A stretch of DNA of 64,000 nt. It comes from an uncultured virus (IMG/VR IMGVR_UViG_3300037067_009972). Taxonomy: Duplodnaviria > Heunggongvirae > Uroviricota > Caudoviricetes. The notes under the pieces were generated by a model. That model saw nothing but the letters and a program-made list of their open reading frames with translations, searched no databases and had not been told where the DNA came from. Positions 1-7,695 of the stretch are shown in pieces (position 1 is the stretch's first letter; each line of letters begins with the position of its first letter). The stretch is taken from IMG/VR virus record IMGVR_UViG_3300037067_009972; one strand, 5' to 3'. The position numbers and the translations under genes are program-made.

Positions 1-2
1 CC

Positions 3-182
3 CAACAAGCACGTGCAGTATTACCAAACTCACTAAAAACCGAAATTGTAATGACTGCTAACTTTCGTGAATGGCGCCATTTCTTCAAACTGAGAACATC
101 CGAAAAAGCACACCCACAGATGCGAGAGCTTGCATTACAGGGTCTCACACAAATGCATAAAGAAGTACCGGAATTGTTTTAA
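3..182 (+). CDS. thyX: FAD-dependent thymidylate synthase, C-terminal part (truncated by window edge)
   Basis: Manual translation QQARAVLPNSLKTEIVMTANFREWRHFFKLRTSEKAHPQMRELA matches the ThyX C-terminal pattern (AR.vLP, N.R.w.hF..LR, AhpqmR). Not in the ORF track. Confidence 0.9.
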   Translation, partial: QQARAVLPNSLKTEIVMTANFREWRHFFKLRTSEKAHPQMRELALQGLTQMHKEVPELF

Positions 183-183
183 C

Positions 184-399
184 ATGATCACACACTTAGC
201 AACCTTTAATAAATCGATAGCCTGCAGGGCAAAAAATCCTAATTATGGCGGACAACCCGAATCAGCTAAAGTAATAGCTTTACGATTAGTTAATGAAGGT
301 GAAATGCTTGCTAATATGGACACATATACTCAAGTACTTGTTGTATTCCCAAGTTCAAGTCATTGGCTTGATTTAAATACTGTTAAACTCCAGCCTTAG
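184..399 (+). CDS. hypothetical protein
   Basis: ATG immediately after the thyX stop; 71 aa; ends in TAG. Confidence 0.55.
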   Translation: MITHLATFNKSIACRAKNPNYGGQPESAKVIALRLVNEGEMLANMDTYTQVLVVFPSSSHWLDLNTVKLQP

Positions 400-407
400 C
401 TGGAATT

Positions 408-491
408 GCATGAATGGCGTAATGGCAGCCGCGTAGGCTTGAGAAGTCTATGGGTGAAAGTCCCGTGAGGGTTCGAGTCCCTCTTCGTGCA
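408..491 (+). tRNA. tRNA-Leu(GAG)
   Basis: Acceptor GCATGAA/TTCGTGC, anticodon arm TAGGC-TTGAGAA-GTCTA, long variable arm, T-loop TTCGAGT; CCA not encoded. Confidence 0.92.
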
Positions 492-521
492 CTAATCTGA
501 AACTTATTTATAGGAGATACT

Positions 522-1043
522 ATGGAATATATTAAATATAGCCGCAGAATTGGCTGGTTTTTAAAAGAACAACTTGAGTATGGAGAGTTAATATTTGCAA
601 ATAATTTACCACTTGAAGAGATAACAACAGAAATTCTCAATTTAGACATCATACCAATACGTATAATTAACCCGCATCCTTGGGATGCTTTACAAAAAAT
701 TGGAGTAACGCAAGAGTTTTTAGGAACTATCATTAATGCAGCTAAATATGAATGTCCTTGGACAGAAAACAAATACATAGGAACGTTACCTATAGCTATA
801 GCAACTTTCAACAAAAAGAAATATCCTATGTTAAATGAATATCAACTAGATACCGACTGGCATAGAACTATGGATAAAGATGAACGGTTTGTTCCCGACG
901 CCGTAGAAAAATCTTTGCTTGGTCATGGATATACATTTGCTACATTGCCAAGTGACGGTGTGCGCACATTAACATTAGCTGCACTTAAAATGCCAAACGA
1001 GGACTATCTTATTTGCTTAACGTACATATGGCACAACAAATAA
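522..1043 (+). CDS. hypothetical protein
   Basis: 173 aa ORF with AGGAG RBS. Confidence 0.75.
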   Translation: MEYIKYSRRIGWFLKEQLEYGELIFANNLPLEEITTEILNLDIIPIRIINPHPWDALQKIGVTQEFLGTIINAAKYECPWTENKYIGTLPIAIATFNKKKYPMLNEYQLDTDWHRTMDKDERFVPDAVEKSLLGHGYTFATLPSDGVRTLTLAALKMPNEDYLICLTYIWHNK

Positions 1044-1498
1044 CAAAAGTCCTTGTAATCATAGACATGCAACCAGAGTTTTGCTATGCGGCTAAATCAA
1101 TTATTCCACAAGTTGTTAAGGCGATTGAAAAAGCTAAGAAGGAACAAAAAGAGATTTTATTAATCGAATATGCATACAAAGACTCATCTCACACTCGCAC
1201 ATACCGGGAAATTTTACAGACTGTATCCACCTATAAAAATAAAAAAGTAGTTTACAAATACAGCGATGACGGCTCAAAAGAAATAATGCAAATATTAGAA
1301 AAGCGCAAAGTTATTATAGATGTTTGCGGAGTTAATCTGGGGGCTTGTGTGCGTTCAACGGTGAAAGGTTTATTACGTAATACAAACATACAAAGAATAA
1401 ATATTCTTAAAAAAGCTGTCAACGACGAATGGGGTGTAACCTCAGAGTTACGTTGGTTTAAATACCCAAAACGAAAAAATCTAAAAATTGTGGAGTAA
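1028..1498 (+). CDS. isochorismatase/nicotinamidase-family cysteine hydrolase
   Basis: VLVIIDMQ catalytic Asp motif and CGVNLGACV catalytic Cys motif. Confidence 0.8.
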   Translation: MAQQITKVLVIIDMQPEFCYAAKSIIPQVVKAIEKAKKEQKEILLIEYAYKDSSHTRTYREILQTVSTYKNKKVVYKYSDDGSKEIMQILEKRKVIIDVCGVNLGACVRSTVKGLLRNTNIQRINILKKAVNDEWGVTSELRWFKYPKRKNLKIVE

Positions 1499-1500
1499 TT

Positions 1501-2196
1501 ATGTTAAAAATATTTCAAGTAGGTGGAAGCGTTCGAGACATGATTCTCGATACAAAATCAAAAGATATCGATTATGCAGTAGAAGCGAGTTCATGGGAAG
1601 AAATGCGTGAATATATTAATTCCAAAGGAAAAATCTTTTTAGAAACCCCACAGTATTTAACCATCCGTGCACATGTCGATAATCTAGGAGACGCGGATTT
1701 TGTATTATGCAGAAAAGACGGTAATTACTCCGACGGGAGACGCCCTGATTCAGTAGAGATCGGAACGCTCGAAGATGATCTCGCCCGTCGAGATTTTACG
1801 ATGAATGCGATTGCAATCGATATGAGTAATGGGTTAGTTATCGATCCTTACGATGGACGTAAAGATATCGAAGCTAAAGTAATTAGATGTGTAGGAAACC
1901 CATATGATCGTTTCAATGAAGACGCCCTACGTATGTTACGCGCAATACGCTTTGCTATTACAAAAAATATGGCTCTAGATATTCTAGTTGAAAATGCTTT
2001 ACATGACGATTCTTTGTTAGAGTTGCTTCAAAATAAAATTTCAGCAGATCGCAAAAAAGATGAGTTATTTAAAATGTTTAAATTTGATAGTTGGGAGTCG
2101 ATGTTAACATTGATTCGCTTTCCAGGGTTGTTTAATGTTTTATTTAAAAGGTCTTCACCCACTATATGGCTGGAACCAACACTAAAGGAGCGATAA
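1501..2196 (+). CDS. cca: class II tRNA nucleotidyltransferase (CCA-adding enzyme-like), compact
   Basis: VGGSVRD, DIDY, RRDFTMNA and EDALR motifs. Confidence 0.88.
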   Translation: MLKIFQVGGSVRDMILDTKSKDIDYAVEASSWEEMREYINSKGKIFLETPQYLTIRAHVDNLGDADFVLCRKDGNYSDGRRPDSVEIGTLEDDLARRDFTMNAIAIDMSNGLVIDPYDGRKDIEAKVIRCVGNPYDRFNEDALRMLRAIRFAITKNMALDILVENALHDDSLLELLQNKISADRKKDELFKMFKFDSWESMLTLIRFPGLFNVLFKRSSPTIWLEPTLKER

Positions 2197-2768
2197 TGAA
2201 AATCGGAATATTCGGCGGTAGTTTCGATCCGCCCCACATGGGACATTTTTGGGTTTGTCGCAATGCAATTGAAGGATACGTATTAGATAAACTTTTTATA
2301 GTTCCTAACACTGTATCACCATTTAAAAAAGAAAAAACTGTTGAAAAATATCATACTTGGTATATGACAGATATACTCGCGCATGAAGTAGGGGGTATAA
2401 TAGATGACCAAGAAATGTTACGACCAGAACCTTCATACACTTGGGATACTATTTTAAATTTTCGCGGACGGTTTCCAAATGACGATTTATATCTTATCGT
2501 GGGGCAAGATTGTCTAAATGAAATTACTGGCTGGTATAGAATTGATGACATACTTGCTACAATTGACAAAATAATAGTAATTCCACGTATAGGTGAAATA
2601 AACCATGTTAATGATTTACCAAGAGAAAAATTAAAAATTGCAAAGCCTAGTTTCGTACAAATAAGTTCAACGGAGTTGCGTTTAAGGTTAAAAAAGGGTA
2701 AAATAATAACAGGGTTAATACCTGATAAAGTATTAAATTATATCCATAATAATCATCTATATTTATAG
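2196..2768 (+). CDS. nadD: nicotinate/nicotinamide mononucleotide adenylyltransferase
   Basis: MKIGIFGGSFDPPHMGH (HxGH), SYT, G.D....i..W and ISST motifs; TAATG overlap with the cca stop. Confidence 0.9.
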   Translation: MKIGIFGGSFDPPHMGHFWVCRNAIEGYVLDKLFIVPNTVSPFKKEKTVEKYHTWYMTDILAHEVGGIIDDQEMLRPEPSYTWDTILNFRGRFPNDDLYLIVGQDCLNEITGWYRIDDILATIDKIIVIPRIGEINHVNDLPREKLKIAKPSFVQISSTELRLRLKKGKIITGLIPDKVLNYIHNNHLYL

Positions 2769-2840
2769 AGCCATCGTCCAACCGGTTTAGGACACGAGTC
2801 TTTGAAGCTCGCAATCTCCGTTCGATTCGGAGTGGCTCTG
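2767..2840 (+). tRNA. tRNA-Gln(TTG)
   Basis: Acceptor AGAGCCA/TGGCTCT, anticodon arm CGAGT-CTTTGAA-GCTCG, T-loop TTCGATT. Confidence 0.9.
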
Positions 2841-2967
2841 CTACTTAATCCGACGTAACTATCATTATAACCGGATGGCTTTCTCCATTTTTGCAGGTGC
2901 GTTGTAGTCGGCGGCTTTCTCGATGATAGAAGCGCGTGCTCAAGTTCCGATAACCTAAAATGGAAAT

Positions 2968-3040
2968 AGAGGTATAGCTCAATTGGTAGAGCGTCGGTCT
3001 CTGGAACCGAAGGTTAAAGGTTCGAAACCTTTTATCTCTG
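2968..3040 (+). tRNA. tRNA-Gln(CTG)
   Basis: Acceptor AGAGGTA/TATCTCT, D-arm GCTC/GAGC, anticodon arm TCGGT-CTCTGGA-ACCGA. Confidence 0.88.
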
Positions 3041-3109
3041 CTCCTTTACTAAAGTCCGTATAAAAAATAAATATCATACGTGTACTTCATTAGTTATAAA
3101 CTAGGAATC

Positions 3110-3187
3110 GCAAATGATCGTCTAATAAGCATAGGATATCGGTTTCATCACCGAAGATAAAAGCGGGCTCAGATCCCGCCATTTGCA
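3110..3187 (+). tRNA. atypical tRNA-like element (6-nt anticodon loop; identity unassignable)
   Basis: Perfect acceptor GCAAATG/CATTTGC and T-stem GCGGG/CCCGC, but T-loop CTCAGAT and anticodon arm TCGGT-TTCATC-ACCGA. Confidence 0.55.
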
Positions 3188-3196
3188 TCATGTTAA

Positions 3197-3405
3197 ATAT
3201 TGAATGCAGGTATAGACGGGCCAGAAATTTCCTGCAACTCGTGGTAAGCTGAAATACGGAGAATCAAAAGCACTCCGAAGAGTAGAGGACCATATGACGG
3301 CGCTGGTGGAATCGATATGTGAGATAATGGTGTAACATAGCGATGGGTCGGTTTTAGTATGAACAATCTCTTTTGTACGGTGACTCCGGAAATCCGTACC
3401 AATAT
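3197..3405 (+). ncRNA. putative multi-stem structured RNA of unknown class
   Basis: Intergenic, GC-richer than flanks; closing stem ATATTG/CAATAT and internal stems TGCAGG/CCTGCA, CGGAG/CTCCG, GAGAT/ATCTC, GTACGG/CCGTAC. Confidence 0.45.
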
Positions 3406-3425
3406 ATTTTTTAAGGATAAAAATT

Positions 3426-3638
3426 ATGATATTTCAAGTTGGTGATAAAGTAATTAGCACAAGAGGAAATGGTAAAGGAACAATATTACATCCAGCAGCT
3501 CCAGGTTTATGGCAAGTACAGTGGGAAAGTGGAAGTATTCTTACTATACGTGAAGTAGATATGATAAAGAAATCTAACTCGTTGCCTATAACTTATAATA
3601 TAAAGAAAGTAAAAAAACCAATACATAGTGTTGATTAA
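3426..3638 (+). CDS. small hypothetical protein (SH3/KOW-like FQVGDKV start)
   Basis: 70 aa, AAGGA RBS. Confidence 0.65.
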   Translation: MIFQVGDKVISTRGNGKGTILHPAAPGLWQVQWESGSILTIREVDMIKKSNSLPITYNIKKVKKPIHSVD

Positions 3639-3646
3639 ACATTACT

Positions 3647-3719
3647 GCCGGCTAGGCTGAAGTGGTTAAGCACCTCTCTTGTAAAGAGGATTAATACGGT
3701 TCGACTCCGTAAGTCGGCT
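3647..3719 (+). tRNA. tRNA-Thr(TGT)
   Basis: Acceptor GCCGGCT/AGTCGGC, anticodon arm CCTCT-CTTGTAA-AGAGG. Confidence 0.9.
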
Positions 3720-3724
3720 CAAAA

Positions 3725-3910
3725 TGGAATAAAAAGCCTATTGCATTAGTAGTAGATCATATTGATGGTGATTATCGTAATACCTTAGATAGTAATCTAC
3801 GATTAATCTGTCCTAATTGCGATGCTCAAACATCAACATATAAAGGAGCTAATCGTGGTAAGGGAAGATTTAAAAGAAGAACTCGCTATAGAAAAGGTAT
3901 GTCTTATTAG
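3725..3910 (+). pseudogene. 5'-truncated HNH endonuclease remnant
   Basis: Startless frame WNKKPIALVVDHIDGDYRNTLDSNLRLICPNCDAQTSTYKG, a typical HNH C-terminal half, directly after tRNA-Thr. Confidence 0.75.
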
Positions 3911-3957
3911 CTTGTCAAACCAACCTAAAATCTAAATCATAATATAGGAGTCTACTT

Positions 3958-4596
3958 GTGAAGCATCACAACCCCAACCCCCGTAATATAAAAACAATTA
4001 TAATTCCAGAAGTCAATATACACATGCCATTGCAAATATTTCAGAAGATGTTAGGTTACGCGCAAGCTTCTGAAGGGGAAATAAGCGGCTTTTGTAAAAC
4101 CGCTGTTACCAAGGTAGCTGGAGATTTTAATGTTGAAGTTACCGATATAAAAATATTTACACAAAACGTATCTGATAGCTTTACTAGACTTACAACAAAT
4201 GAACTTACTGCACATTTTATCGATTTGTATAGAGCCAAAGAAGATACAACTAAATGGAATTTATGGTGGCACAGTCATGCGGGAGGGATGGTATTTTTCT
4301 CAAGTATTGATGTACCAACAATCGAGCAAGTAAGTAAAAATGCGGCATTATTTTCTATTTGTATCAATAAACATGGAGAAGTCACAGCCCGCTATGACTA
4401 CAAAGGGAAATTTATAACTGAGGCCACAGTTAATATAGACTATCCTATAAACAAAAGAATTAAGGCTATTTGCGCAAAAGAAGTGGCCGAGAAAGTTACT
4501 TATAAACCATTTATATTCAGTAAATTAGAAAAAGGTCTAAAGTATGAGTGCAAAAATTATGTACACCCGACAAGAAGGAATACTGCCTCAAAATAA
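3958..4596 (+). CDS. JAB/MPN+ (JAMM) metallopeptidase
   Basis: Upstream Glu (EISGF) plus exact HxH-x7-S-x2-D motif HSHAGGMVFFSSID. Confidence 0.88.
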   Translation: MKHHNPNPRNIKTIIIPEVNIHMPLQIFQKMLGYAQASEGEISGFCKTAVTKVAGDFNVEVTDIKIFTQNVSDSFTRLTTNELTAHFIDLYRAKEDTTKWNLWWHSHAGGMVFFSSIDVPTIEQVSKNAALFSICINKHGEVTARYDYKGKFITEATVNIDYPINKRIKAICAKEVAEKVTYKPFIFSKLEKGLKYECKNYVHPTRRNTASK

Positions 4597-5230
4597 AATA
4601 GTAAACGGTGCTGTAACTATTATTGGTTCAGGAGCTATAGGAAGTTTTTCAAGTCTGACACTTGTAAAAATGGGTGTTAAGCATCTAGTCATTTACGATG
4701 AAGATGGTGTTACTAGTCATAATTTACCCAATCAATTTTTTAGGAAAAAAGATATAGGACAATTTAAAGTCACTGCATTAGCGGACATATTAAATGAATT
4801 TAGTGGCACCAAGATTACGGCTCATATACAACCTTACGTTAAACAACAATTAAAAGAAACAACAATTGTTGCAACAGATTCTATGAGTTCTAGACGTTCG
4901 GTATGGGAACAATTTAAACAACAGCCGCAGGCTAAAAATTTGATAGAGGCTAGAATGGGTGCTGAATTAGGATTGGTATATATTATTAAAAAGATAAATG
5001 GAAAAATACCGAAGAAGCTTTTTAACTTTTATGAATCTCGTTTATACAAAGACGAAGATGTGAAACCATTACCCTGTACAGCTAAAGCTATAATTTATAA
5101 CATATTAATGATTTCAAGTTTAATTTGTCGGGCATATAAAAGTATTATTATGAACGAAAAAATGCCTAATGAACTTATTTTTAATATGACTTCTATTGAT
5201 GAACGTTCTTATATGTGTACAACTATATGA
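4544..5230 (+). CDS. ThiF/E1-like ubiquitin-activating adenylyltransferase
   Basis: YTRQ, IIGSGAIGS, D.D.V...NL.NQ, ATDS...R and a lone candidate catalytic Cys (PLPCT). Confidence 0.9.
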   Translation: MSAKIMYTRQEGILPQNKIVNGAVTIIGSGAIGSFSSLTLVKMGVKHLVIYDEDGVTSHNLPNQFFRKKDIGQFKVTALADILNEFSGTKITAHIQPYVKQQLKETTIVATDSMSSRRSVWEQFKQQPQAKNLIEARMGAELGLVYIIKKINGKIPKKLFNFYESRLYKDEDVKPLPCTAKAIIYNILMISSLICRAYKSIIMNEKMPNELIFNMTSIDERSYMCTTI

Positions 5231-5643
5231 AAACAATCAAAATAAGTATAGACCTACATAACTTCTTTGTCTCCAGCACAAGAAGAGATAATTTTAATGC
5301 CTCTTTGTATCTAGTAGGCAAAAATGCTGCAGGAATTTATGTAGATAAAAAACCACTTAGGCGCACAGGTGGCTGTGAATATATGCCGTCTACAAGTACA
5401 AGTAATATAACTAGAGCCTATGTATCTCTATTAAAGCAAAAATTAACCCCGAATGTATTTGTACTTGTAGCACATAATACGCTATATAGGACAGAATGGG
5501 GCGAAGATTTTGGCTCTGCTATAGATGCATTTGGTAAAGAAGTTGTATTTATAACTTATGGCAGAGATTTTTTAAAAGCTGAAAGCGTTGCACGAGAGTT
5601 AAAAGTACAAGTTGTCAATTCAAATTACAAAATAACTAAATAA
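5227..5643 (+). CDS. hypothetical protein between E1 and Ubl
   Basis: 138 aa, ATGA overlap with E1; single Cys (GGCEY). Confidence 0.7.
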   Translation: MKTIKISIDLHNFFVSSTRRDNFNASLYLVGKNAAGIYVDKKPLRRTGGCEYMPSTSTSNITRAYVSLLKQKLTPNVFVLVAHNTLYRTEWGEDFGSAIDAFGKEVVFITYGRDFLKAESVARELKVQVVNSNYKITK

Positions 5644-5669
5644 CACACAATTCATATAAAGGTAACACA

Positions 5670-5891
5670 ATGGCAAAGGGTAAAATCAAGATACATTTCG
5701 GTCGGTTGGTCGATCAAATTCGTGTATCTAATGTTTCAGAAGGTACTACTTTATCAGATTTCTTAACAAAACGTGAAATTAAGTATGGTTCCGCAATTCG
5801 AGTAAATGGTAAAGTCATAAAAAAAGACTATGTCTTACGTAATGACGATATCATAACAGAAATCGACAATGTCGATGGTGGAAAGAATTAA
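5670..5891 (+). CDS. ubiquitin-like (ThiS/MoaD beta-grasp) protein with GG-KN tail
   Basis: 73 aa; GTTLSDFL, IRVNG, VLRNDDII; C-terminus VDGGKN. Confidence 0.85.
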   Translation: MAKGKIKIHFGRLVDQIRVSNVSEGTTLSDFLTKREIKYGSAIRVNGKVIKKDYVLRNDDIITEIDNVDGGKN

Positions 5892-5927
5892 TTAAGAAAA
5901 AATTAAGATGCACGTTTGTGCATCATC

Positions 5928-6000
5928 GCCGGCCTAGTTTATCTGGTAAAACATCGCACTCGTAACGCGAAGACGATCGGTTCAAATCCGATGGTCGGCT
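5928..6000 (+). tRNA. tRNA-Thr(CGT)
   Basis: Acceptor GCCGGCC/GGTCGGC, anticodon loop CTCGTAA, T-loop TTCAAAT. Confidence 0.88.
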
Positions 6001-6004
6001 CAAT

Positions 6005-6316
6005 ATGAAATTTATATTACCAAAACTAAACAAACCTTACAGAGTACTTCAAGATGTAGAGGTTGAATTATGGCACCTTGATCTTGCTAGCAATAAGAGA
6101 CTAAGTAAACAAGGAATGCTACCATATCGTGGGCATTTTATTATCACTGCAGGTTCCGTGATCAAACTTGTAAATTTCGACTACAAGAGAAATAAGATTA
6201 AAATACGCACTGTGTCATTAAGCGATAAACGTTATGAAAAATTATGCGGGTATGTATCAATGAATAAAAACCCTAACTGGTTAGACAATTTAGATGTAGA
6301 AGAAATTGCGGTATAA
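6005..6316 (+). CDS. hypothetical protein
   Basis: 103 aa ORF filling the gap between tRNA-Thr and tmRNA. Confidence 0.65.
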   Translation: MKFILPKLNKPYRVLQDVEVELWHLDLASNKRLSKQGMLPYRGHFIITAGSVIKLVNFDYKRNKIKIRTVSLSDKRYEKLCGYVSMNKNPNWLDNLDVEEIAV

Positions 6317-6381
6317 GATAATAGTAGAGGCAACTCTACTCAATTTGCTTTTAGTTAAATAATTTTGTATATTGGTATATT

Positions 6382-6744
6382 GGGCCTGAATTGGAATCGA
6401 TTGGGTACATGTGAGATAGTGATGCATGGCGTCAACCACGAAGACGTAAAATCGGTGGAAACTATAAATGCAAAAGAAGAAATCTCTAGCATGACTTTCG
6501 CGGATGCTTTGGCTATGGTTGAAGCTCCTATCGCTATTGCGGTCTAATCGCTGCGAAAGAGCTCGAGAGTTTGACCCGCAAACTCTGAGCGCGATAAAAG
6601 GGTGTAGGTGATATTCCGAATGATATCAAAGTTTTAAGTTTTGGTTACACGAAACTTAAGATGTTTTAAAAAACGTAACTAACCATGTGAAGGAGTTATT
6701 ATTTAACTTACGCAAGACGGGGTTTTCGAATACCCCCAGGTCCA
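6382..6744 (+). ncRNA. ssrA: tmRNA
   Basis: 5' GGGCCTG pairs with 3' CAGGTCC-A including the G3.U alanine determinant; GAC-GGGGT-TTTCGAAT-ACCCC T-arm; resume context ATAAAT-GCA at 6470; tag AKEEISSMTFADALAMVEAPIAIAV, stop at 6547. Confidence 0.92.
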
Positions 6745-6818
6745 CAAGGGAGGTTTCTTTTCATTATACGTTTCTACTTCCTCCGTTTAAAATGAAAAAA
6801 AGGAAAACGTATCAAGAC

Positions 6819-6907
6819 TGCGGAGTGATGACAATTGGCCGTCCGCCAGACTCATAACCTGGGCAAGCCTTCAAAAGCTTATGTTGGTTCGAATCCAACC
6901 TCCGCTA
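6819..6907 (+). tRNA. tRNA with CAT anticodon (Met-type), 1:72 mismatch, long variable arm
   Basis: Acceptor (T)GCGGAG/CTCCGC(T), loop CTCATAA, variable arm GCAAGCCTTCAAAAGCTTAT, T-arm GTTGG-TTCGAAT-CCAAC. Confidence 0.8.
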
Positions 6908-6924
6908 CTATGTCATAATCTTAT

Positions 6925-7047
6925 AAGGAGAAAGAAATGAAGAAACTCTAGGTTCTTTTTAACACCTCATAAACGACTAGTTTTACCCCGACAATAACCG
7001 CGACATAATGTCGCTATAATTGATTGAATAAAAACTAGGAGTTTAAA
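6925..7047 (+). promoter_or_regulatory. putative amber-readthrough leader peptide / translational attenuator
   Basis: AAGGAG RBS, then ATG AAG AAA CTC TAG GTT CTT TTT AAC ACC TCA TAA (6937-6972); CTAGTTTT (6977-6984) pairs with AAAACTAG (7031-7038), overlapping the SD of the 7048 gene. Confidence 0.55.
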
Positions 7048-7398
7048 ATGACACATGAGCAATATCTGCAACTAAAAAATGAGTTAAAACAATTAGCTCA
7101 AATTATCCACTATCGAAAATTAAATTTTCGTGCTTCAGTTTCACAATCCATGGGCGGTACAAAACAATTTTTCGACGAACCAAATTTCGTAAAAGAATAT
7201 GGTGAAAAGCATGGGTATAATCTATTGTTAGCTATTCATGAATACAGACATAAACACATAGTTATGTCTTTAATGCGTGGTAAAACACGTGAGCAAATTG
7301 AAAAACCAAAAAAAGGCAACGAACCCAACGAAGCGTACATCAAAAAACTTCTGGAGCAATATGCAGCAGTTGACGCGCCTGTATGTATTAGTGCGTAA
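7048..7398 (+). CDS. hypothetical basic helical protein upstream of the Pth2-like gene
   Basis: 116 aa, AGGAG RBS; RHKHIVMSLMRGK segment. Confidence 0.8.
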   Translation: MTHEQYLQLKNELKQLAQIIHYRKLNFRASVSQSMGGTKQFFDEPNFVKEYGEKHGYNLLLAIHEYRHKHIVMSLMRGKTREQIEKPKKGNEPNEAYIKKLLEQYAAVDAPVCISA

Positions 7399-7660
7399 GG
7401 ATCTCGGTCCTTCGTACGCTGGAGTTCAAGCAGGTCATGCAGTGGCACAACATATGCTTGAATTCCCCGACCTCTGGAGAAATCAGACTCTCGTGTATTT
7501 GTATGTAAACGATGAAGCAACATTATTGGCATGGAGAGACAAACTCATAATTCGTGGGGTGCCCTATGCAATTTTTCGAGAACCTGATATAATGAATCAA
7601 GCTACCGCGTTAGCTGTATTAAACGATGGTAGTTTGTTCAAAAAATTAAAACTTTTATAA
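7361..7660 (+). CDS. peptidyl-tRNA hydrolase, Pth2-like
   Basis: LYVLVRKDL...GVQAGHA and F.EPD....TALA motifs; GGAG RBS before ATG 7361. Confidence 0.82.
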   Translation: MQQLTRLYVLVRKDLGPSYAGVQAGHAVAQHMLEFPDLWRNQTLVYLYVNDEATLLAWRDKLIIRGVPYAIFREPDIMNQATALAVLNDGSLFKKLKLL

Positions 7661-7695
7661 CGTCAGCGATCACAATATTAATTCAAAGACGTTTT

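Noticed and set aside
130..183. Upstream TTG start for the 130-399 ORF
   Set aside because: It overlaps the thyX 3' end; ATG 184 directly after the thyX stop is more plausible.
4544..5891. Thiamine or molybdopterin biosynthesis (thiF/thiS, moeB/moaD)
   Set aside because: No thiG, moaE or related genes in the window, and the E1 lacks the Zn-binding CxxC pairs of ThiF/MoeB. A sulfur-carrier role is not fully excluded.
6365..6547. 60-aa ORF in the track
   Set aside because: It is the tmRNA 5' domain plus tag reading frame, not an independent gene.
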